From NCBI GenBank assembly GCA_021795965.1, contig JAJYOU010000009.1, forward strand, positions 951-64,950: 64,000 nt of DNA, written 5' to 3'. A program made the translations under genes and the position numbers. This DNA comes from Chloroflexota bacterium. GTDB taxonomy: Bacteria > Chloroflexota > Anaerolineae > Anaerolineales > Villigracilaceae. The notes under the pieces were generated by a model. The model was given only the letters and a program-made list of their open reading frames with translations. It was not told the origin of the DNA and did not search any database. Positions 38,912-47,290 of this stretch are shown here, piece by piece (the first letter of the stretch is position 1; each line of letters begins with the position of its first letter).

Positions 38912-39448
38912 ATGGAAATCTTATTTAACGCTCAAGTTTATGGCTTTGATCAAAATAATCAGGATCACACTGCGCTGGTTATAGACCAAGGCAGAATTAG
39001 CGTCTCACTGCAGCCAATCCACGCAACCTTGGATAGGTACGCGACTGAAAAATATTGGGGGGAACGTGCCGCGCTGGCATATGCCTGGCACGCACAACTC
39101 AACGCTGGAGCAGCTCTTGTGTTTGGTTCAGATGCCCCCATTGAAGCTCCAAATCCCTTTTGTGGTTTCTATAGTGCAGTCACTCGCCGCCGGTCTGATG
39201 GAAACCCCGCAGTAGCAGGCTGGCACCCGGAACAATGTCTTACCATGGCAGAAGCCTTGCAAGCCTCCACAACCGGGGCTGCTTATGTGGCAGGTCGTGA
39301 AAATGAACTGGTAACATTAACACCCGGTTATTTTGCTGATTTGATTGTTTTGGATGAGGATCCATTTCATTGCCCTCCAGAGAATCTATTGATCATGGAA
39401 TCAACTGGAACCATGATTAACGGAGAATGGGTTTGGCAGAAAAAATGA
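38912..39448 (+). pseudogene. Internally truncated Amidohydro_3 (YtcJ-like) metallohydrolase remnant
   Basis: The N-terminal beta-sandwich-like stretch MEILFNAQVYGFDQNNQDHTALVIDQGRISV is joined directly to a C-terminal part, ..LVFGSDAPIEAPNPF..GYFADLIVLDEDPF..INGEWVW. The HxH metal motif and the barrel core are absent. It is 178 aa, against more than 500 aa typical for the family. Confidence 0.5.
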
Positions 39449-39464
39449 ATCCGGGTTGAAGGAA

Positions 39465-40487
39465 ATGATGCAACTCATCAGTCCTGAGGTTTTGGTGCCG
39501 CGATTGGGAGACCAACTCGTAGAAATGGGCTTGCTAACGAACGATCAATTATCCGAGGCACTTGCCCTCCAGGATCAATATAATCAAAAAGAAAACCCAA
39601 TTCTCCTTGGGCAGGCTATTTTGGAGCTGAATTTCCTTGATCGCCCAAAACTCGACCAGGCCATTACGGAACAGATATTTCGTTTACGCCAGGCACTGGA
39701 GGACTCTAACTCAAGCCTTGAATTACGGATCCAGGCACGCACCCTTGAATTGCAGGAAGCCCTTCGGCATCTTTCCGAATTGAGCCAATTAAAGGAAAAT
39801 TTGATTGCCAATGTTTCGCACGAGCTTCGCACACCACTGACCCACATCCTGGGTTATCTTGACTTGCTGATCGCTGAAACACTTGGGAGTATTAACCCGG
39901 AACAAAAAAAAGCCTTGGCGGTCATTTTAAGAGCATCAAAACGCTTACAGACTCTGATCGATGACTTGATTCTATTTTCACAGGCATCCAAGGGACAAAT
40001 GACTTTGAACATCGCTCCCTTGGATGTAAAAACAATGACAGCCAAGCTTTTAACCCGTTTTCAACCACGAGCTAATGATCTCCAATTAAGTTTAGAAACA
40101 AATATTGATGAGAACTTACCCTCCATTCAGGTGGATGAAGATAAAATCACATGGGTCATTTCTCAACTCTTTGATAATGCCTTCAAATTTACAAATCCAG
40201 GAGGCAGGATCAATTTAACGATCAGGAAAAATGAAACTATTCCTGGGTCAATTCTTATCATCATTAGCGATACGGGGATTGGAATTTCTCCAGAACATAT
40301 AACTGATATTTTTGAGCCTTTTCACCAAATCGATGGTTCTGCCTCACGTCGATACGACGGAACCGGACTTGGCTTGTCCCTGGTGTTTCAGATCCTTAAA
40401 GCGCATGGATCTAAGATCAATATTCAATCCGAAATAGGAAAAGGTACTTCCATCTCTTTTCCCCTAATGTCAACAAAGGCATCCTAA
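39465..40487 (+). CDS. Soluble histidine kinase with an N-terminal MshEN/T2SSE_N-like domain
   Basis: N-terminus RLGDQLVEMGLLTNDQLSEALALQ ... LLGQAILELNFLDRPKLDQAITEQ, then a coiled coil, H-box VSHELRTPL and G-box DTGIGI..GTGLGLS. No TM segments. The ATG at 39465 follows GAAGGAA. Confidence 0.8.
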   Translation: MMQLISPEVLVPRLGDQLVEMGLLTNDQLSEALALQDQYNQKENPILLGQAILELNFLDRPKLDQAITEQIFRLRQALEDSNSSLELRIQARTLELQEALRHLSELSQLKENLIANVSHELRTPLTHILGYLDLLIAETLGSINPEQKKALAVILRASKRLQTLIDDLILFSQASKGQMTLNIAPLDVKTMTAKLLTRFQPRANDLQLSLETNIDENLPSIQVDEDKITWVISQLFDNAFKFTNPGGRINLTIRKNETIPGSILIIISDTGIGISPEHITDIFEPFHQIDGSASRRYDGTGLGLSLVFQILKAHGSKINIQSEIGKGTSISFPLMSTKAS

Positions 40488-40489
40488 AA

Positions 40490-41722
40490 TTGACCTCACG
40501 TGACGGAACATTTGATTACCTGAAAATCGCTGAAATTGTGAACCAAAAAGGTGATTGGAAACAAGCTCTTGATGAGATCCTGGAGTGTATCTTTCCTTTT
40601 TTTATTTTTGATAACATCGCCTTATTTTTACATAATCAAACCAAAAGCGATTTAACCGATATTCTTTACGCCAGGGCGGTAGGGCGGGGAAAATCTTCGG
40701 GACCAGACCTGGCATGGGGATCAGATATTGCCCGGCAGGTCATCCAAAATAACACGATCGTGCTCGAAGAGCCATCCAACAATCCACCAAATTCCGATCG
40801 ACTTAAAGAATCTTATTTACTCGGTCTGCCGCTAATTACTTCAACCGGAGTGCTGGGTGCCCTGGTCTTTGTCCGCTTCGCCGGACCATCTTACAGTGAG
40901 ACACACCTCATCCAGGCTCGGTATATCGCCTCACAATTTGCTGGTTTGATTGAACGCAAAAATTTAAATGAGGAAATTAATGCATTACACGAAGCCAGCA
41001 GCATGATTGCGTTACAGGATGATTTCATCTCAACTATATCGCATGAATTGCGAACACCCCTCGGGTTTATTAAAGGCTATTCGACAACTTTATTGCGAAA
41101 GGATGCAGTGTGGGACGAAGCCACCCGTCACGAATTCCTGAGCATTATCGAAAACGAAGCCGATTACTTGACGGGTTTAATTGAAAACATCCTCGAATCA
41201 TCCCGCCTGCAAAGCGACACTCTCCCCATGCAAACACACTTGACCCAACTTGACACCCTGATTATCGAAACCTCGGCTCGGATACAATCAGTGGTGAAGG
41301 ATTTACAAATTGATCACGATTTTGAAGTTCGCCCTGTAATCCGGATAGATAGTCTTCGAATTTCTCAAGTTTTAACCAATCTATTTAACAACTCGATAAA
41401 ATATGCACCTGGCTCACCCATCAAGATATCTTTAACGGAAAGCCCTGATTTTTACATCATAAAATTTTCCGATTCCGGCCCAGGCATTCTTCCCGAATAT
41501 TTGCCCAATCTTTTCCAGCGGTTTTACCGGGTGCCGGGCACGGGTGGGAGTGGCTCAGGGTTGGGGTTATTTATTTGTAATAAGATTATTGATGCTCATG
41601 GTGGTAAGATGTCAGTGGAATCTCAACCAGGTATGGGAACAACCTTCCTTATCAAATTGCCAAACAATCACGCCAGTAACCATGAAAGAGAAAACCATGA
41701 CCACGAAGATACTGATAGTTGA
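40490..41722 (+). CDS. Soluble GAF-domain histidine kinase
   Basis: A GAF-like N-terminal region of about 170 aa, H-box ISHELRTPL, N-box NLFNNSIKYA and G-box DSGPGI..GSGLGLF. TTG start; there is no ATG in the first ~170 codons. Confidence 0.8.
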   Translation: MTSRDGTFDYLKIAEIVNQKGDWKQALDEILECIFPFFIFDNIALFLHNQTKSDLTDILYARAVGRGKSSGPDLAWGSDIARQVIQNNTIVLEEPSNNPPNSDRLKESYLLGLPLITSTGVLGALVFVRFAGPSYSETHLIQARYIASQFAGLIERKNLNEEINALHEASSMIALQDDFISTISHELRTPLGFIKGYSTTLLRKDAVWDEATRHEFLSIIENEADYLTGLIENILESSRLQSDTLPMQTHLTQLDTLIIETSARIQSVVKDLQIDHDFEVRPVIRIDSLRISQVLTNLFNNSIKYAPGSPIKISLTESPDFYIIKFSDSGPGILPEYLPNLFQRFYRVPGTGGSGSGLGLFICNKIIDAHGGKMSVESQPGMGTTFLIKLPNNHASNHERENHDHEDTDS

Positions 41723-42404
41723 TGATGAACCCCGCTATCTTCGTCTTTTTGAAGCAAACTTACGCACGGAAGGTTATGAAGTCTTAACAGCGGCTAATGG
41801 ACTTCAGGCTGTTGAAACCTTCTCTTCTGAACCGGTTGATTTGATTCTGATGGATGTCATGATGCCTGAGCTGGATGGTTTCGCAGCCTGTCAACGCATC
41901 AGACAATTCTCCAACGTCCCAATCATAATTTTGACCGCAAAAGGTGAAGAACAGGATCGGGTGCGCGGTCTTGATCTGGGCGCCGATGACTACCTGGTCA
42001 AACCTTTTTCAGTTATAGAGTTGTTGGCGCGTGTTCGCTCAGTTTTACGACGGTCTCAATTCTCAAAGGATATTAATCAAAGTCATTTCTTTGCGCATGC
42101 CAATCTGCGAATAGATTTTGCCCGGGCAGAAGTATGGAAGGGGAACCAACTGGTATTTCTTTCAGCTACTGAATATCGACTTTTATTACAGTTTGCTCAT
42201 AACGTGGGTAGTGTTATGAGTGCTGAAGATTTACTCGCCAGTGTTTGGGGGGAGGAATATCGAAACGACAAGGAAATATTATGGGTCAGTATTGCCAGGC
42301 TGCGACAAAAGCTTGAGGATAACGCCCATAATCCCAAGCATATTGTTACCCGATCCGGCCTTGGTTACCTGATGCCACCCATTGAAAGCGGTGATAATAT
42401 TTAG
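41697..42404 (+). CDS. OmpR/PhoB-family response regulator
   Basis: The receiver domain reads KILIVDDEP..DLILMDVMMPELDG..LTAKG, and the winged-helix output reads LSATEYRLLLQF...VTRSGLGY. The ATG at 41697 overlaps the kinase end by 26 nt. Confidence 0.85.
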   Translation: MTTKILIVDDEPRYLRLFEANLRTEGYEVLTAANGLQAVETFSSEPVDLILMDVMMPELDGFAACQRIRQFSNVPIIILTAKGEEQDRVRGLDLGADDYLVKPFSVIELLARVRSVLRRSQFSKDINQSHFFAHANLRIDFARAEVWKGNQLVFLSATEYRLLLQFAHNVGSVMSAEDLLASVWGEEYRNDKEILWVSIARLRQKLEDNAHNPKHIVTRSGLGYLMPPIESGDNI

Positions 42405-42508
42405 TTTGGTCGGTAGATTTGAAGAAAGAAAAACAATTTGGTGTTTCAATCCCTGCATTTCACATTAGGAAATAATTTTTTAAAACCAATGATTTAGGAG
42501 AGGATGTT

Positions 42509-42805
42509 ATGAACCTTGAGTTCAACGAAAAGGGAAAATATTATACAGATGTCATTTCCAAAGCCACAGTCCCAGCGATCATTCAAACCGCCACCCACAG
42601 GATTGAAGGTTTTGTTCATGTTCGATTGAACGAAAGATTAAAGGATGAATTGGATCGTGGCGAGGCTTTTTTGGCGGTAACTGATGCAAAAGTGTTTTCA
42701 AATGCCGGATTATTAGTATACCAAGCTGATTTTTTAAGCGTCTCTCGGGCACAAATTATTTGGGTAATCCCAGCTGGAGACGAAAACAAATCAGGAGATC
42801 AATAA
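42509..42805 (+). CDS. Hypothetical 98-aa protein (predicted beta-rich, no TM or signal)
   Basis: An AGGAGAGG RBS lies 6 nt upstream. The stop overlaps the next start (TAATG). I do not recognise a family with confidence. Confidence 0.5.
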   Translation: MNLEFNEKGKYYTDVISKATVPAIIQTATHRIEGFVHVRLNERLKDELDRGEAFLAVTDAKVFSNAGLLVYQADFLSVSRAQIIWVIPAGDENKSGDQ

Positions 42806-44121
42806 TGACGCTTAATTCATCTTCAGGTTCCGCTGGTATCGCTCCAGCTGAACTTATCAGATTGAAGCATTTCCTAATCGATAGCATTTCGCGGGAATTG
42901 GAAGTTGAAAATCCAGAAATATCTCAGCGGGAATCATTCCTTAATAATAAAATAACCAGCCTGCTTGCTCGTTTGCCGTCAAGCATTCCTGCGAATGTCC
43001 GGCAGAAAATCATTCTGGAAGTGCGGGATGAAGTGCTTGGCTTTGGACCTATCCAACCTTTACTTGACGACCCTGAAATAAGTGAAGTGATGGTCAACGG
43101 TCCAAAACTCGTATTTGTTGAGAAAAAAGGAAAACTAATTAAAACATCTGTCACCTTCGAAAGCAACGAACAAGTTTTACGTGTTATTGATCGTATTATC
43201 CTGCCATTGGGACGTCGTGTTGATTTTGATTCTCCAACCGTTGACGCTCGTTTACCGGATGGTTCCCGTGTAAATGCAGTCATTCCTCCGGTTGCGATTG
43301 ATGGCCCCTCAATCACCATCCGAAAATTTGCAAAAGATAAACTCAAAATGCAGCAATTAATTGACCTTGGTTCTATTTCCCCGATGATGTCTGAGTTTTT
43401 AAAAGCTTGCGTCATCAGCAAGTTAAATATTGTCGTTTCTGGGGGAACAGGATCCGGTAAAACCACTTTTCTGAATATCCTTTCCAGTTTAATTCCTGAA
43501 AGTGAGCGTATTATCACCATTGAAGATGCAGCCGAATTACAGCTTCAACAGGAACATCTTGTCCGGTTGGAAACAAAAACTGCCGACATTGAGGGAAAAG
43601 GTCAAGTGACCGTTAGAGATCTTGTTAGAAACTCTTTGCGAATGCGTCCAGACCGTATTATCGTCGGTGAGTGCCGCGGCGGAGAAACCCTGGATATGTT
43701 ACAGGCTATGAACACAGGCCATGAAGGTTCGCTCACGACCCTCCATGCCAATTCATCACGCGATGCCCTCTCCAGAATGGAAACCATGGTTCTGATGTCA
43801 GGTATGGATTTACCAATCAAGGTTATTCGTCAACAAATCTCTGCTGCAATTGATCTAATCATTCAACAAACTCGTTATAAAGATGGCTCCCGAAAAGTTT
43901 CAGCAATTACAGAAGTGGCGGGGATGGAAGGTGATACTATCGTGTTGACAGATATATTCCGTTTTGAACAAACAGGAATTTCCTCTGAAGGAATGATCGC
44001 TGGAGAATTAAAACCGACCGGTATCCGCCCGCTTTTTACGCCACGCCTTGAAGCAGCTGGCTTCAAACTCGCCCCAGAAGTTTACGGGGCGAATTTGAGC
44101 GCTATCCTCAAAAGACGCTAA
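42805..44121 (+). CDS. cpaF: CpaF/TadA-family secretion ATPase (type II/IV secretion NTPase)
   Basis: Walker A GGTGSGKTT, Asp box ERIITIEDAAEL, Walker B RIIVGECRGGE and His box TGHEGSLTTLHAN. Confidence 0.85.
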   Translation: MTLNSSSGSAGIAPAELIRLKHFLIDSISRELEVENPEISQRESFLNNKITSLLARLPSSIPANVRQKIILEVRDEVLGFGPIQPLLDDPEISEVMVNGPKLVFVEKKGKLIKTSVTFESNEQVLRVIDRIILPLGRRVDFDSPTVDARLPDGSRVNAVIPPVAIDGPSITIRKFAKDKLKMQQLIDLGSISPMMSEFLKACVISKLNIVVSGGTGSGKTTFLNILSSLIPESERIITIEDAAELQLQQEHLVRLETKTADIEGKGQVTVRDLVRNSLRMRPDRIIVGECRGGETLDMLQAMNTGHEGSLTTLHANSSRDALSRMETMVLMSGMDLPIKVIRQQISAAIDLIIQQTRYKDGSRKVSAITEVAGMEGDTIVLTDIFRFEQTGISSEGMIAGELKPTGIRPLFTPRLEAAGFKLAPEVYGANLSAILKRR

Positions 44122-44232
44122 ATCACAACCCGGATGGGTTGTTGAAATAATTCCGTGATTTTTTGTCGAGTATAATCATCCTCACGGGCTGGTGCTGGCT
44201 CGAAAAAGGGAATAAATTAACGAGATGCAAAG

Positions 44233-44910
44233 ATGAGCGGTCAAATCCAGATTAATCTTCAAGCCCAAAAATTAGGAGCATTGATCAGCGCTGCGAGAAT
44301 GATGGCACACAAAACAGTTGGGGAATTAGCAGGAGCAATTGGAGAGATGCCAGCGGTTCTTCTTGATTACGAAGCGGGGCGTAAAACCCCGTCCTTACCC
44401 GAACTCGAAGTCATCGCTTTTTCTCTTAATTTACCAATTTCTCGTTTTTTGAGCGAGGAACCAGTCGAGTACGACACAACAAGCATCGATCCTGCCAGGC
44501 TTCCTCAACTCATCGGGCTTCGTCAAAGAATGATCAGCGCATTAATCCGGCAAAAACGCCTTCAATTGAATATTTCTATCGACCAACTTTCAGAAGAAAC
44601 CGGAATTTCTAAAAACCAGTTAAATAGTTTTGAATCCAACAATAGCGCTGTACCACTCTCCGATTTGGAAGCCGTTTTAAAAGTTCTTGGCGAAAGCACA
44701 GAAAACTTGTTGGATAAAAATGGACCAATAGGCAAATGGATTATTGACCAGGATGCCATTCAAAAATTTGTAAAACTGCCCCCTGAATTGAGAAGTTTTG
44801 TTATCGCGCCGGAAAATCAACCTTATCTAGAGCTTGCAGTAAATTTAAGCCAACTTTCAACCGAAAGGTTGCGCGCGATTGCGGAAGGATTGCTGGAAAT
44901 CACCTTATAA
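44233..44910 (+). CDS. Tandem XRE-type helix-turn-helix protein
   Basis: There are two HTH_3-like modules. The first is LGALISAARMMAHKTVGELAGAIGEMPAVLLDYEAGRKTPSLPELEVIA. The second is LIRQKRLQLNISIDQLSEETGISKNQLNSFESNNSAVPLSDLEAVL. Confidence 0.7.
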   Translation: MSGQIQINLQAQKLGALISAARMMAHKTVGELAGAIGEMPAVLLDYEAGRKTPSLPELEVIAFSLNLPISRFLSEEPVEYDTTSIDPARLPQLIGLRQRMISALIRQKRLQLNISIDQLSEETGISKNQLNSFESNNSAVPLSDLEAVLKVLGESTENLLDKNGPIGKWIIDQDAIQKFVKLPPELRSFVIAPENQPYLELAVNLSQLSTERLRAIAEGLLEITL

Positions 44911-45385
44911 ATGTTTTTTCAGGAATAATGTTACAAAAAATGCAGCCGCATTGTCTCCTGAATTCACTGCCTTTTTTGTTTGGATGTTGCTGATCTTGGG
45001 CGGGAGAAATGATGAATAATTTGAGTGTCGCATCAATTCAGGAAAGAGGTCCAAAAGCTTCCTTTGAAGAAGCAAACGAACCAGGACAAATACCTTATGA
45101 ACATGGCAAAACCCAAAAACAGGGAGGGGCTTATGGGAATGAAGCCACACCCTTGCTAAATCAGGTCGACTGGATGAAACCCCAAAAATTAATCGACTTT
45201 CCATCGAAACCTTGAACGGGATTGGTTCTGATCAATCCTTTTACATTATTTCTTATGCCCACTCAAGAAACCTGTAAAGCAGGGGCTATTGAGGCTGTTT
45301 TCTCCATTCGATATTCGCTTTCTTCCATTAAACATCCCTCGTTTATCAAACAAAATATTTTTAAAACCTTGATAAAAATCCGCCC

Positions 45386-46234
45386 ATGATCCCTCCGCAA
45401 ATTTTTGTTCGTCAAGCTAAACAGACCGATTATCACTCCATCGCAAATTTGATTTATTTCGAACCAACCGTTCATCGGCACCTCGATTGGCGCGGTCCGC
45501 TTGAATGGCTGGGTTCACCTGAGTATTGGGTCCTGATTCAATCCGGGACAGTACTCGCCACCTTGGCTTGCCCACCAGATCCCGAGGGGGTTGCATGGAT
45601 TCGCCTGTTTGCACACTCAAAATCTATTTCCACACAGGATGCCTGGAACACACTCTGGGAGCCAGCTAAAGAAGCCCTGCAGTCTCAAAAATTAATCGCT
45701 GCAGCTATTTCAGTGGTTAATTGGCTTGATCCATATTTATACCAGGCAGGTTTTGTCGTCAATCAGAAAATTGTGGTCCTGGAACATGACATGACTGTCA
45801 CCCCGCAGATCTTACCGTCTCCAAAGGTCATCCTTCGTACCATGAACGAATCTGATTTGCCAACCGTTGAGGAGGTGGATAAATCCGGATTTGTTCCTCT
45901 CTGGAGAAATTCAAGACCAGCCTTGATTTCCGGTTTCACCCAGCCCGGTTATTCCACAGTTGCATTGCTTGACGGTGAAATCGTTGGTTATCAGATCAGC
46001 ACGAGAAGCACCTTTGGAATTCACCTGGCGCGGCTGGCAGTTTTACCCCGCGTGCAGGGCCTGGGAATTGGCTATTTATTGGTTCAGGATTTAATCCTAT
46101 ATTGTAAAAGGTTGGGCATGCGTCGCCTGACTGTTAACACCCAGAATGATAATTTTGCTTCCCTCTCACTATATAAAAAAATTGGATTTGAATTAACCAC
46201 CGAAGCGTACACCGTTTTTTCTCAACAATTTTAA
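45386..46234 (+). CDS. GNAT-family N-acetyltransferase (two-lobed)
   Basis: C-terminal acetyl-CoA motif LAVLPRVQGLGIGYLLV..LTVNTQNDNFASLSLYKKIGF. Confidence 0.65.
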   Translation: MIPPQIFVRQAKQTDYHSIANLIYFEPTVHRHLDWRGPLEWLGSPEYWVLIQSGTVLATLACPPDPEGVAWIRLFAHSKSISTQDAWNTLWEPAKEALQSQKLIAAAISVVNWLDPYLYQAGFVVNQKIVVLEHDMTVTPQILPSPKVILRTMNESDLPTVEEVDKSGFVPLWRNSRPALISGFTQPGYSTVALLDGEIVGYQISTRSTFGIHLARLAVLPRVQGLGIGYLLVQDLILYCKRLGMRRLTVNTQNDNFASLSLYKKIGFELTTEAYTVFSQQF

Positions 46235-46429
46235 TCCCTGGGAATTTTTGCAAAAACCCACTCCTGATGCATTCCTCGCTTCTATGATCAAACAATCTTT
46301 ATCACAGCGGGGAACCTGGATAATAACCTGATGGATGGCAAAATCAGGTTGTGATGTTGAGATTACCTTTGCTTGATCGGAACGATGCTAATTTGGAGCC
46401 GGGTGATCGTTTTATTATGAAAGGATATT

Positions 46430-47116
46430 ATGATCATGAGTGAGCTGCAGGAACATTCAGTCAAAAAATCCCTCGATCAGCGCAACCAGCGCATTATGTT
46501 GATCGTGGGTACCACCCTGATCGCCCTTGCGGTAGCAATCTGGCTATATTTCGGCAGCTCAAACAATGGACAGCCAATAAAAATTCAACGCCCCATGATC
46601 CAGTTTAATGCGATGGGTGATCCAAATGCATCAGTTCAAATCATAGAATATTCAGACTTCCAATGCCCTTATTGCGCCTTGTTTGTTCGTAAAACTGAGC
46701 AGCAGATCATTGACTCATATATCAAAACGGGGAAAGTTCATTTTGAATACCGTTCTTTCGGTGGATTTGCCGGGCTGGAATCTGTCCGCGCAGCCGAGGC
46801 GGCTTATTGTGCGGGAGATCAGGGGAAATTTTGGAATTTCCATGATTTTCTCTTCGAAAATCAAAAGGGGGAAAACTCTGGCAATTTTAGTGATGATCGC
46901 CTGACTGGCTTCGCCAAACAACTTGGATTGGACATGAATCAATTTGACAACTGCTTCAAAAACAATCTGTATTTGGATCAGGTAACCCAGGATGGAAAAG
47001 ATGCAGCTGCCGCTAAAATTCGGGCAACACCTTCCTTTTTGATTAATGGGGTTTTATTGGAAGGGGCACAGCCATTTTCCGCCTTCCAGGCTCAGATTGA
47101 GCCCTTATTAAAATGA
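46430..47116 (+). CDS. Membrane-anchored DsbA-family thiol:disulfide oxidoreductase
   Basis: N-terminal TM IMLIVGTTLIALAVAIWLYF and active site FQCPYCALF. The start could instead be the ATG at 46436. Confidence 0.75.
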   Translation: MIMSELQEHSVKKSLDQRNQRIMLIVGTTLIALAVAIWLYFGSSNNGQPIKIQRPMIQFNAMGDPNASVQIIEYSDFQCPYCALFVRKTEQQIIDSYIKTGKVHFEYRSFGGFAGLESVRAAEAAYCAGDQGKFWNFHDFLFENQKGENSGNFSDDRLTGFAKQLGLDMNQFDNCFKNNLYLDQVTQDGKDAAAAKIRATPSFLINGVLLEGAQPFSAFQAQIEPLLK

Positions 47117-47290
47117 CTATTCGATTGTTTTTATTTCGAACTGTCTTCCCCGCCTAGATCAATGCCCGTGCAGAAATGGTTGAATCAGGTTTCCTGGAAT
47201 GATTTTGGATCGCGGTTGGAAAATACAACCCAATTTCTTAAAACCACAATTTCAGGTTCCTGAGAATTACGGCAGCGCGGTTTCAGTTTT

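Noticed and set aside
41544-41696. 51-codon N-terminal extension of the OmpR regulator proposed by the longest ORF (similar cases: 13497-13553, 6654-6698, 11421-11483, 55262-55336)
   Set aside because: The extensions overlap the upstream genes or hairpins, use non-ATG starts and add non-homologous residues. Internal ATGs give canonical N-termini.
42924-43520. 198-aa antisense ORF inside cpaF, and many similar 60-180-aa antisense or out-of-frame ORFs (e.g. 2534-3079, 9614-10030, 12791-13216, 29666-29995, 52401-52832)
   Set aside because: Each lies entirely within a strongly supported gene on the other strand or in another frame. Their compositions are biased and low-complexity, and I saw no RBS or motif support.
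44905-45481. Minus-strand ORFs 44905-45204 (99 aa) and 45263-45481 (72 aa)
   Set aside because: They have no RBS, they overlap flanking gene ends or starts, and their composition is not protein-like. The region is treated as non-coding apart from the weak plus-strand 68-aa candidate.
46329-46354. 8-bp hairpin AACCTGAT-N10-ATCAGGTT after the GNAT gene (a similar 7-bp hairpin lies at 27453-27477)
   Set aside because: The stems are short with no U-tract, which is too weak to call terminators or regulatory elements.
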